64,000 bases of DNA from NCBI GenBank assembly GCA_035652975.1, contig DASRCT010000041.1:24379-88378 (forward strand), given 5' to 3'. Source of the stretch: Bryobacteraceae bacterium (lineage in GTDB: Bacteria; Acidobacteriota; Terriglobia; Bryobacterales; Bryobacteraceae). The stretch's first letter is position 1; each line of letters begins with the position of its first letter. Below the pieces are notes generated by a model. That model saw only the letters and a list, made by a program, of their open reading frames with translations, made no database searches and was not told the DNA's origin. The position numbers and the translations under genes were made by a program. Shown piece after piece: positions 26,159 to 35,500 of this stretch.

Positions 26159-27129
26159 TGCGCGCTGGAATTATAGCCGGATGCATCTGCTCGATCTCGT
26201 TCGGCGCCTGCGTACGGATTGAGGGCGACCGCGTCACGGCCAAACATCTGGCGAAGGCCGCGCCCGCCTTTGCAGCGGTCCCGGGCGATGCCGTGATCGG
26301 GTTTGCTCCGGCGCCGGGATTGCAGCGGAACTTTTCCGCCGGCGAACTTTCCCGGATAGCGCATCGTCTCGGCGCCGTTGAGGAGGTTGTCGAAGGCATT
26401 TGCGTCGAGCGCGCGTCGGAGGTTCTGACGGAGGAGCGGCTTCTGACCGCTATACGATCTGCCTTGCCGCGGACGGGCTTTCAGATCGAGATTCTCGATT
26501 TCAGCCGCTACCCGGTCCCCGCTGGCGAATTGGAATTTACGCTTGCCGGTCTGCCGCGACCTCCTGCAGCCGCGCCGGACGCCCCCGTGATCTGGCGCGG
26601 CCGGGTGAAGTATGGCGATCGACGGACCGTGACCGTCTGGGCCAGCGTACGAATCAGCTCGGAAGGATCCTGGATCGAGGCCGCTCTGCCGATTGCCGCG
26701 AATGAGGAAATTCGGGCCAGCCAGCTCATCCTCAGATCCGGACGAATGTACGGACTAGACGCCGGGGTGATAAGGGATCCGAACGAGCTCATCGGCCGCA
26801 GGCTCGCGCACAGCGTTCGCGCGGGGCAGAGAATCACGGCCGACATGATTGGAGCACGGCGCGAGGTTGAGGCGGGCGACCTGGTTCAGGCGTCGGTGGT
26901 CAGCGGCGCAGCGGCGCTCATGTTCGAAGCGCGCGCCGAATCTGGCGGCCGCACAGGGCAACGTGTATTCGTAAAAATGCCGGATACCGGCCGCAGGATC
27001 TCGGCGCAGGTGATCGCAAAAGGAAAGGTGCAGCTCGATGTCGACAAGAAAGATGTGGCCGCCGCCGGCGGCAGCGCTGATCGCGTTGGTGGCGACGACG
27101 CCCGGCCTGTACGCCGCGAAAAAAGATAA
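26158..27129 (+). CDS. flgA: Flagellar P-ring assembly chaperone FlgA
   Basis: It sits between flgG and flgH. A SAF-like segment (VIRDPNELIGRRLAHSVRAGQRITADMI) is followed by a beta-clip (GDLVQASVVSGAAALMFEARAESGGRTGQRVFVK). The start overlaps the flgG stop as TAATG. Confidence 0.75.
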   Translation: MRAGIIAGCICSISFGACVRIEGDRVTAKHLAKAAPAFAAVPGDAVIGFAPAPGLQRNFSAGELSRIAHRLGAVEEVVEGICVERASEVLTEERLLTAIRSALPRTGFQIEILDFSRYPVPAGELEFTLAGLPRPPAAAPDAPVIWRGRVKYGDRRTVTVWASVRISSEGSWIEAALPIAANEEIRASQLILRSGRMYGLDAGVIRDPNELIGRRLAHSVRAGQRITADMIGARREVEAGDLVQASVVSGAAALMFEARAESGGRTGQRVFVKMPDTGRRISAQVIAKGKVQLDVDKKDVAAAGGSADRVGGDDARPVRREKR

Positions 27130-27757
27130 AGCAAAGCTGGAACCCCAGTCTGGCCTGGACAGGTATCTCGCGCAGGCGCTGGCCGCCGAAGCGCCTGCAT
27201 TCAATCCCTCGATCGGCTCCACCTACGTTCAGGGCGCCCGTCTGGCCGATCTGGTGCGCGATCCCCGCGCCAGTCAAGTCGGAGACATTGTAACGATTCT
27301 GGTTTCCGATAAAGCGTCAGCCACGTCGACCGGAACGACGAACACGGCGCGCAAGAGCAGCTCGAAGGCCGGCGTGCAATCTCTCGCTGGTCCGCTGAAG
27401 GCGACCGGAGCGCTGGCCAATCTGGCCTCCATGACTGGCGATCAGCAGTTGCAGGGCCAGGGCACGACGAGCCGGCAAAGCACGTTCACCACCACCTTGT
27501 CAGCCAGAGTGACGCATGTTCTGCCAAGCGGCAATCTGGTGGTGGAGGGCAACAAGGACGTATGGGTGAACTCCGAGCGCCAATCCGTCACCGTGCGCGG
27601 AATTTTGCGGCCCACAGACTTGTCTGCGACGAACATCATCCAATCGGACCGGCTGGCCGATTTGGAGGTTCGCATTAACGGCAAAGGCGTCGTGGGCGAT
27701 TCGATCCGGCGACCCTTTGTGCTCTATCGCATCCTGATGGGCTTGCTTCCGTTCTAA
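27038..27757 (+). CDS. flgH: Flagellar L-ring protein FlgH
   Basis: GDIVTILVSDKASA...LSARVTHVLPSGNLVVEGNKDVWVNSERQSVTVRGILRPTDLSATNIIQSDRLADLEV are FlgH family blocks. An alternative ATG lies at 27053. Confidence 0.85.
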   Translation: MSTRKMWPPPAAALIALVATTPGLYAAKKDKAKLEPQSGLDRYLAQALAAEAPAFNPSIGSTYVQGARLADLVRDPRASQVGDIVTILVSDKASATSTGTTNTARKSSSKAGVQSLAGPLKATGALANLASMTGDQQLQGQGTTSRQSTFTTTLSARVTHVLPSGNLVVEGNKDVWVNSERQSVTVRGILRPTDLSATNIIQSDRLADLEVRINGKGVVGDSIRRPFVLYRILMGLLPF

Positions 27758-27767
27758 CGGGTCTAAC

Positions 27768-28862
27768 GTGATGAGACGCTTCTCCCTGCTTTTGACATTC
27801 GTTCCGTTACTGGCGCCCGGCGCAGTCCGGCTCAAGGAGCTCGCCTCGATTGAGGGAGTTCGCGAGAACCAGCTGGTCGGCTACGGCCTCGTGGTCGGTC
27901 TGAACGGCACCGGCGATAAGCGGCAGACAGTCTTCTCCGCACAGAGCCTGACGAATATGCTCGAGCGTATGGGCGTCACCGTGCCGTCCACTGCAATTCT
28001 GGTGCGCAACACCGCAGCTGTGATGGTCACGGCCAATCTCCCGGCGTTCGCCCAGCCCGGCTCGCGCATCGATGTGACAGCCGCTGCAATCGGCGATGCG
28101 GCCAACCTGCAAGGCGGAATCCTGATCATGACCGCCCTGAAGGGCGCAGACGGGCAGGTATACGCGGTTGCGCAGGGACCGGTTGTGACGGGCGGCTTTG
28201 TCGCCGGTCGAGGGGGCAACTCGCAGACGCTGAATCATCCCACCGTGGGGCGCATTCCCGCCGGAGCGATCGTAGAAAAGGCGCCGCCGACGGTGGCTCC
28301 CCAGGGCCGCGTCCGGCTGCAACTGCATGACCCCGATTTCACCACTGCCGCGCGCATTGCAGAAGCGCTGAACCAGAAATTCGGCAGCGACTCGAAGCCG
28401 GTCGCGCGCGCCGAAAACTCCGGGCTGGTCGCGGTGGATCTCCCGCCACAGTTCGCCCACCAGAGCGTCGAATTCATCGCGCTAATCGAAAGTCTTCGCG
28501 TGGATGCCGACCGCGTCGCCAAGATTGTCGTCAACGAACGGACGGGCACGATCGTCGTCGGCGGCGACGTGAAGATCGCGCCAGCGTCGATCCTGCATGG
28601 CGCCCTCACGGTGGAGATACAGACCCGGTACGACGTCTCACAGCCGGCGCCGCTTTCGGGAGGGAAGACGGTTGCCGCGCCCGAAACAAGCGTGAGCGCA
28701 AAGGAAGAGAAGGCGCGCAATGTAGCGCTCAAGCAGGGCGCCACCGTGGATGATCTGGTGCGGGCGCTGACCGCAATCGGGTCCACATCGCGCGACATCA
28801 TCGCCATTCTCCAGAATCTGCGTCGGGTCGGAGCGCTCGAAGCGGAAATTGAGGTGATCTGA
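27768..28862 (+). CDS. flgI: Flagellar P-ring protein FlgI
   Basis: RLKELASIEGVRENQLVGYGLVVGLNGTGD...LQGGILIMTALKGADGQVYAVAQG...NERTGTIVVGGDVKI...LVRALTAIGSTSRDIIAILQ. Either GTG 27768 or ATG 27771 could be the start. Confidence 0.95.
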   Translation: MMRRFSLLLTFVPLLAPGAVRLKELASIEGVRENQLVGYGLVVGLNGTGDKRQTVFSAQSLTNMLERMGVTVPSTAILVRNTAAVMVTANLPAFAQPGSRIDVTAAAIGDAANLQGGILIMTALKGADGQVYAVAQGPVVTGGFVAGRGGNSQTLNHPTVGRIPAGAIVEKAPPTVAPQGRVRLQLHDPDFTTAARIAEALNQKFGSDSKPVARAENSGLVAVDLPPQFAHQSVEFIALIESLRVDADRVAKIVVNERTGTIVVGGDVKIAPASILHGALTVEIQTRYDVSQPAPLSGGKTVAAPETSVSAKEEKARNVALKQGATVDDLVRALTAIGSTSRDIIAILQNLRRVGALEAEIEVI

Positions 28863-29194
28863 TGCCGGCCGAGCTCTCAATCAGCGCTGCGCTGCCCTCG
28901 ATCGCAACAGCGGGCGTCAGGGCATCCGACTTCAAGAAGCCGGAGGATGCAGCCAAACAATTTGAAGCGCTGCTGATCGAACAGATGCTGCAGTCGGCGC
29001 GCGCAGGCGGATCGGGCGACTGGATGAACGAGTCCGAGGACGAGTCGGGTTCGGCTCTTTCCGAACTCGCAGAGCAGCAATTCGCGCAGCTGCTCGCCGC
29101 CAATGGCGGTATTGGATTGGCTAAACTGGTGGCGAATGGCCTGTCGCGCGCAAGCGCCGATCAGGCAGCGGCCCAGCCCGATGCGAATCGATAA
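28862..29194 (+). CDS. flgJ: Rod-binding protein (FlgJ N-terminal domain only, no glycosidase domain)
   Basis: 110 aa. AAKQFEALLIEQMLQSAR is the Rod_binding signature. The start overlaps the flgI stop as TGATG. Confidence 0.75.
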   Translation: MPAELSISAALPSIATAGVRASDFKKPEDAAKQFEALLIEQMLQSARAGGSGDWMNESEDESGSALSELAEQQFAQLLAANGGIGLAKLVANGLSRASADQAAAQPDANR

Positions 29195-29444
29195 CTTGAA
29201 CTCCAGCCCGCGAGTTACTCGAGCGGAAGCCCCGGCAGCGCGACCCCCTGCGACCGGCGCCTCTGAACCGCAACCAACGGACGCCGTCAGTCTGTCCGCG
29301 CTAGCGGCCAAACTGACCGCGCCGGACGAGGACCGCATCGAGCGCCTACGCAAAGCCGTCCAGGACGGCTCGTATGCGGTCGACGCTCCCGCAATCGCCT
29401 CGCGGCTCATTGATGCGGCGCTGCGGCGGCCCGACGGCGAATGA
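29181..29444 (+). CDS. flgM: Anti-sigma-28 factor FlgM
   Basis: 87 aa from the ATG at 29181. The C-terminus RIERLRKAVQDGSYAVDAPAIASRLID is the FlgM signature. It overlaps flgJ by 14 nt. Confidence 0.75.
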   Translation: MRIDNLNSSPRVTRAEAPAARPPATGASEPQPTDAVSLSALAAKLTAPDEDRIERLRKAVQDGSYAVDAPAIASRLIDAALRRPDGE

Positions 29445-29486
29445 ATCGCTTCGATTCGCGTTCCTGGACGGCTGCATTGGACCTGC

Positions 29487-32075
29487 CTACTTGGCATCCC
29501 GCCAGTTGTCGCCGATCCCGACCTCCGCAAGCAGCGGAACCTCCAGGGGGTACACCTGCTCCATTTCAGCTTTCACCATCGCTGCAAGCTCGTCGGCTTC
29601 TTCCGGCGGCGCTTCGAAGACCAGCTCGTCATGCACTTGCAGCAACATTTTCGCCTGATATCGTTTTTCGCTGAGCAGCCTGTCAATCCGGATCATCGCC
29701 ATTTTGATCAGGTCTGCGGCCGTACCCTGAAGCGGCGTGTTGACCGCGGTCCGCTCCGCAAATGAGCGGGCGTTTGGATTGCGGCTGTGCATATCCGGAA
29801 TCAGCCGCTGGCGCCCCAGCAGCGTGCGGGATATGCCGGTCTTCCGCACTTCCTCCAACGTGGATTCGATGAACTTGCGCACGCCCGAGTATCGTTCAAA
29901 ATAGGCCTGGATATAGCGCTCCGCTTCCTTGCGATCGATCCCCAAAGACGCAGCCAGACCAAACGGAGTCTGGCCGTAGATGATGCCGAAATTCACCGCT
30001 TTGGCGCGCCGCCGCATTTCGGAATCGATCATAGATGGCGGCTTTCCGAACACTTCCGCGGCTGTGCGCGTGTGAATGTCTTCGCCCCTGCGGAACGCCT
30101 CCACGAGCACCGGATCGCGCGACATGTGCGCGAGCAGCCGCAACTCAATCTGCGAGTAATCCGCCACGATCAGGCGCCAGCCCTCGCGCGGCACAAACGC
30201 CGCGCGAATTTCGCGGCCGAGTTCGCTGCGGATTGGGATATTCTGCAAGTTGGGATTCGATGAGGACAGGCGTCCGGTGGCCGCTCCAATCTGGTTGAAG
30301 GTAGTGTGGAGACGGCCGGTCAGCGGATTGATGAGGGTCGGCAGCGCGTCCACGTAGGTCCCCTTGAGCTTCGCCAGTTGCCGGTAATCGAGCACTTTCC
30401 GCGCGATCTCGTGCTCCTCGGCCAGCGTCTCGAGTACGTCCGCGGCGGTGGAGGTGGTTTTCCCGCGGCCATATTTCGAGGGCTGCGGCAGGCGCAGCTC
30501 CTCAAACAGCACCCTGCTCAGCTGTTGCGGCGAATTGATATTGAACTGCCGGCCGGCAAGTTCGCAAATCTCGGCGGCGAGCCGCTGGATGTCGTCCTCC
30601 ATGCGCCGTCCGAGCGATTTCAACTGCGCCGGCTCGATGCGGATGCCCGTGCGCTCCATTCGCGCCAGGACGAAGCACAGCGGAAGATCAATGGTCTCGT
30701 AGAGGGCTCGGAAGTTCTGTTTGTCGACCTCCGGCGCAAGCCGCTCATAAATCGCAAGCGCCGATTCGGCGCGTTGTTCCGGGCGCGGCAGCAGCTTGCG
30801 ATCCAGGTACTTTTCTGCAAGCGTCTCTGCGCTGCACCCAGAAGGGTCTGCGCACAGCAGAAACGCATACAGCATGATGTCATGCTCGAAGCCGTTGGCC
30901 TCAATGCCTTCATTCATCAGCGCAAGCAGGACCGACTTCACGTCATGCGCGATCTTCGGCCGGCTTGAAGTCAGCACGTTAAGCCCGCGCCGGCTCGCGC
31001 GCACCACCTCGAGCGGCGCGGCCCTGCCCTCGTTCAGTCTCCAGGCAAAGCCGACCGAGGTCGGTCCCAGCGCATCCGCCTCGGCGGACCGGGCCTCGAC
31101 CGCAAGCGGCGCCTCTGCCGGTATCGACTCCAGCCAGGCGTCCAGGTCTTCAGGGGTGTTGAGCGTCTGGTAATCGCGGGTGTGCGAGTCCTCCGCAGGA
31201 CCGAGCTCCTTGAGCAAACTGAAAAACTCCAGCTCCTTATAGATCCGCTTGAGCGTCTGTACATCCGGCGTCTGCGCTTTCACCGCTTCCAGCGAAAACT
31301 CGATGGGCACGTTGGTATCAATGGTTGCCAGCCGTTTGCTGAGCTCAATGCGCTCACGGTTATTCTGGAGGCTCTCGCGATACGTTTTGCGCTCGACTTC
31401 GGCCGCGCGCTCGAGCAGCGCCTCCACCGATCCAAAGCGCGCGATCAGGTCGCGTGCGCCCTTTTCGCCGATCCCCGGGGCGCCAGGAATGTTATCGATG
31501 GAGTCGCCCATCAGCGCGAGCAGGTCGGCCACCTGCTTCGGCTTCACTCCCATGAAGCTCTCGGTCGTCGCCGGATCGTACCAGACATTTTCTTTGACGG
31601 GATTGTACATGCTGACGCGCTCGTCGACGAGCTGGAGCATGTCCTTATCGCTGGAGACAATCACGACGTCGATATCCGAGTCTGCGCATCTATGCGCGAT
31701 CGTGCCAATGACATCGTCGGCTTCAAATCCCGGGTACTCGAGAATCGGAATGTTCATCGCCTCGAGCAAGCGGCGGATGTACGGGATCTGCTCGCCAAGA
31801 TCAGGAGGCATCTCGGACCGGTTTGCCTTATACTCGGCGAACGCCGCGTCGCGAAATGTCGGGCCCGCGCTTTCAAACACAGCGGCGATGTATTCAGGTC
31901 TGTACTCCTTCATCAGCTTTCGGACCATGTTGTGGAAGATATACACGGCTTCCGTGGACAAACCCGAGGTGGTGCGCATGGGCGGAGCGCCGGTCCGCGC
32001 CCGCGCATGATACGCGCGGAAGATGAAGCCGTAGGAATCAATCAGAAACAGGCGTTGGCGAGGCACTACTTCCAA
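29487..32075 (-). CDS. polA: DNA polymerase I
   Basis: 862 aa. 5'-nuclease domain (LFLIDSYGFIFRAYHA...GIGEKGA) and polymerase motifs A (LIVADYSQIELRLLAH), B (RRRAKAVNFGIIYG) and C (LLQVHDELVFE). Confidence 0.95.
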   Translation of the reverse strand: MEVVPRQRLFLIDSYGFIFRAYHARARTGAPPMRTTSGLSTEAVYIFHNMVRKLMKEYRPEYIAAVFESAGPTFRDAAFAEYKANRSEMPPDLGEQIPYIRRLLEAMNIPILEYPGFEADDVIGTIAHRCADSDIDVVIVSSDKDMLQLVDERVSMYNPVKENVWYDPATTESFMGVKPKQVADLLALMGDSIDNIPGAPGIGEKGARDLIARFGSVEALLERAAEVERKTYRESLQNNRERIELSKRLATIDTNVPIEFSLEAVKAQTPDVQTLKRIYKELEFFSLLKELGPAEDSHTRDYQTLNTPEDLDAWLESIPAEAPLAVEARSAEADALGPTSVGFAWRLNEGRAAPLEVVRASRRGLNVLTSSRPKIAHDVKSVLLALMNEGIEANGFEHDIMLYAFLLCADPSGCSAETLAEKYLDRKLLPRPEQRAESALAIYERLAPEVDKQNFRALYETIDLPLCFVLARMERTGIRIEPAQLKSLGRRMEDDIQRLAAEICELAGRQFNINSPQQLSRVLFEELRLPQPSKYGRGKTTSTAADVLETLAEEHEIARKVLDYRQLAKLKGTYVDALPTLINPLTGRLHTTFNQIGAATGRLSSSNPNLQNIPIRSELGREIRAAFVPREGWRLIVADYSQIELRLLAHMSRDPVLVEAFRRGEDIHTRTAAEVFGKPPSMIDSEMRRRAKAVNFGIIYGQTPFGLAASLGIDRKEAERYIQAYFERYSGVRKFIESTLEEVRKTGISRTLLGRQRLIPDMHSRNPNARSFAERTAVNTPLQGTAADLIKMAMIRIDRLLSEKRYQAKMLLQVHDELVFEAPPEEADELAAMVKAEMEQVYPLEVPLLAEVGIGDNWRDAK

Positions 32076-32139
32076 ACTACCAGCAGCGCCCTCGGGCGAT
32101 TCTCCACCCCATCGTCTGCGCCCGCCGGGTGTATAACTG

Positions 32140-32514
32140 ATGACTATGGCCTACGTCGGATATCGCCTGTCGGAGGACGACAATACCGTTGCTGTTATCG
32201 AGACCGCGGATGCGCCCGCGACTGAGGGGCCGCGTCCCGCGAGCATACAAACTCTGTTCAGCGGCCGCGTCAGCGTTCTCCCCGGCACGCTCGAAAGCTC
32301 GCTCGATTCCGTCCACAAAGCCGCGGGTATTGTCATGAAAAAGATGCTCGCGATGGTACCCGAGCGCCCGGACCGCCTCGAGATCGAGCTGGGCCTCAAA
32401 TGCTCGGCGGAACTGGACGCCTGGGTGCTCGCCAGCATCGACGGCGAGGTTCATCTGAAGTTGAAATTGTCTTGGCAGAAACCCGGCGAAGGCCGGCCGG
32501 GCGATCATGGCTGA
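32140..32514 (+). CDS. Trypco2-like (trypsin co-occurring domain 2 / CU044_2847-like) small protein
   Basis: 124 aa. N-terminus YRLSEDDNTVAVIETAD and C-terminus LEIELGLKCSAELDAWVLASIDGEVHLKLKLSWQK match my recollection of this family (vEf.v.lsae.g..i....geanfkvtLtW). The stop overlaps the start of the protease-STAND gene. Confidence 0.65.
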   Translation: MTMAYVGYRLSEDDNTVAVIETADAPATEGPRPASIQTLFSGRVSVLPGTLESSLDSVHKAAGIVMKKMLAMVPERPDRLEIELGLKCSAELDAWVLASIDGEVHLKLKLSWQKPGEGRPGDHG

Positions 32515-35500
32515 AGCCGCTCGAATCGCTCCTGCGGCGCATCAGCGGGCGCTGGTTGCGATCCCGGGCCGCGGCGCGCTGGCAGGAACGGGCGTGTGCG
32601 TTCTTCCGCGCGCACTCGTGCTGACCTGCGCCCACGTGGTCAACACGGCGCTCGGTCGCGACCAGCGCGCGGCCGAATTCCCGGACAGGTCGATTCCGAT
32701 ATCTCCGGTCGCGGCTTCCGGTCTGCTTGACGCCGATGTCGTTGCCTGGTCGCCGCATGACCATTTCGACGTCGCGTTACTGAAGGTCCGCCAGGAACTG
32801 CCTGACGCAGTGCACGCAACCCCGATCTTCGACGCAGGCGACCTCGCCGATCTGGAATTCGACACTTACGGCTTTCCGAAGGGCTATCACAAAGCGCCCT
32901 ATTACGGGCGCAGCGCGCAAGGCAAAGTCGTCGTGAAGACCGCGACAGGGCGGTACCAGGTGGAGCACAACGGCATTGAGGAGGGCTTCAGCGGAGCGCC
33001 GGTGCGGGATCTGCTGCTGCGGCGCGTGATCGGGATCGTCGCCGCTTCCGATAACAGTCTTGCGTTCATTACTCCGTCCGCAGCAATAGCGGACATTTGC
33101 GCTGCCGCGGGCCATTCGCTCGAAGTCATCAGGCTGGACTATCCGTTCGAAATCCTGACGGCCGGGCTTGAAATGGCGCGCGGCAACGTGCTCAGCTCGG
33201 TCGAAGCCCTGTTATCGAACTATTTGGGCGGCCCATCAAATCCGGCGCCATTCGGCGGCCGTGCGGACTCAATGCGCGCTCTCAACGAGTGGGTGGGGAA
33301 TCCTGCGAAGCCGTTTGCTCTGATGGCCTACCCGCCGGGTCGGGGAAAGACCACTACTTTGGTACGCTGGGCCGTCGAGGCGGCGGCAGAGCGTTCCGCC
33401 ACTGTCGTCTTTGTGCCCGTCAGCCTTCGCTTCAATACGGCCAGGCGGGCTGACTTCCTGCAAATCTGGGCGTCTCGTCTCCTCAGCGTTCATGCCAGCG
33501 CGCGGCAGGCGCCGCCTGATCGCGAGGATGAGATCGTCCGTTTGATCGACCAGATCCTGCGCGCGGACTGGCCGGCCGATCGTGCGCCGCTGGTCACGAT
33601 TCTCGATGGCGTCGATGAGGCCACCGATTGGAAGGCCGCCGAAGCGCTCCGATTCCCCATACGGCTCGGCCGGAACGTCAAGGCGCTCATTGCCGCGCGG
33701 ATTCTCGCGGGCCAGCACAGCGAGCAGGACTGGATTCAACAGCTCGGATGGGCTCCGGACGCCACGTCGCTCATTCCGCTGCCGCCGCTCGATCGGAATG
33801 GAATCCGCGAAGTCCTCCGCGCCCCGTCTCACCCGGCCCGCCGCTTTGCTGACGACGATGCGATGATCGATCGTCTCCTGTATCTCACGGGCGGCGATCC
33901 GTTCGAACTGTCGCTGTATTCGGACGCGATCTCGGATTTGCCCGGCGCTTTCCTTGATGAGAAAGACCTGGAAAGTCTTCAGCCGGGACTTAAAACCTTC
34001 TTCCACAAGTGGTGGTCGTATCAGAGGAGCCGTGGTCTTGCGCAGAACCGCGAGGCGTTGAACCTGCTTCATCTTCTCTCGTGCGCGCTCGGCCCCTTGG
34101 AGCGCCGCGATATTCAAGCCATCGCGGGCGACAGCGAGCTGTCGAATGGCGACATACTGGACGAAGCCTTGCAGGCCATCTCGCGGTTTGTCATCGGTGA
34201 TGGCTTGCGCACGCCGTATAGCCTGTCGCATCCGCGCATACGCCTGTTCCAGATCGAGGAGATGGGAGCTGCCCGGCGAGCTTCATGGGACGCGAAAATT
34301 TTGCAATACTGCCTTGACGCGCTCGACAAGCCAGCGTCTTCTGGGCGCCCGGCGCGTTACCAGGTTCAGTTTCTCGGGGCGCATCTCGAAGCGGCCGGCG
34401 CTTTGCGCGAAATGCTTTACCGGCTGGTCGATTCCGGTTGGGTGCGCGCCTGGGAGGATATCGACGGACCGGGAGTCCACACCGGATTTCTAAAGGACCT
34501 GGACCGCGCGTGGCGCGCGGCCGTCCAGTCCCGCGATCTACCCATGCAGATCAAGTGCGCGCTTTGCGCCAGCAGTGTTGCGGCCGCGAGCGACGTGCCC
34601 GGCGCGCTGCTCGCTGATGCGATCCGTGCGGGCCTTATTACGCCGCTCCAGGCAATGAACGTCATTCGGCAGAACGTCACCGATTACCGCGTCGTGGAAG
34701 CGCTGGAGGCCGTCTTTCCGCTCCTGGCCGATGAATCGTTGCGGTCTGAAGCGATACGCCTGGCGCGAGGACTCGCCGAGCCGGAGTGGATCGCCAGCGT
34801 GCTTGCCGCAGCGATTCCGTGCGTTCCCGAACAGGATCGGCCGCGGCTCCTGCAGGAATCGTATGCGCTGGCGATACAGACCGGCGTCGAGTCCACGCGA
34901 GTTCGCCTGCTGACGGCGCTGATCCCGCACTGGCCGGACGCGGCGCGGCAGGAAAGAATCGATGAGGCGGCGCAGTTGGCGCAGCGATTGGATTATCGCC
35001 CGCATCGAGCGGAAGCGCTAATCAGTCTTCTTCCGGTCCTGACGGGAAAGGATCGCAAAGAAGCGCTGGAGACTGCGTTCAGCGCGGTTGCATACGAAGA
35101 CGACGACGCCCCCTTCCTAGAGGTCGTAAGGGCGGCGCCGGCCCCTCTGCCTGAGCGAATCGAATACAGAGTGGCGGGCCGGCTGCTCGAATTCCAAATG
35201 GCTGGTCAGGACGCGCGGTTTCGCGCTCTTGCCGCCGCGGCTTACCCGAAATCGAGTCCGAAACTCCGAAAGGTTGTCAATGCCCACCTGCTTACGGGGA
35301 AACTGGACGACGAGCGTATTCTCACACTTTCCGAGTTGCTGCCGTACATGGATCCGGCAGCGCGGCGCCGTGGGGAGGCGCTGCTCGAGCAGCATCTCGA
35401 GAAAGCCGGCGTGGAAGCCCGCTGCAATGCACTCATCGCCTTGGCGCGAGTGCAGCGCGAAAATGCCCTGCGCGCCACAGAGGCCTACGCCTGCGCCGGG

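Noticed and set aside
31182-32225. 347-aa plus-strand ORF running out of polA into the Trypco2 upstream region
   Set aside because: It lies antisense to the well-conserved PolA 5'-nuclease domain, and its composition is that of a shadow ORF.
33269-34231. 320-aa minus-strand ORF inside the STAND NTPase gene
   Set aside because: Its translation is Arg-rich and low-information. It lies antisense to the region encoding the Walker A/B motifs, so I treat it as a GC-driven shadow ORF.
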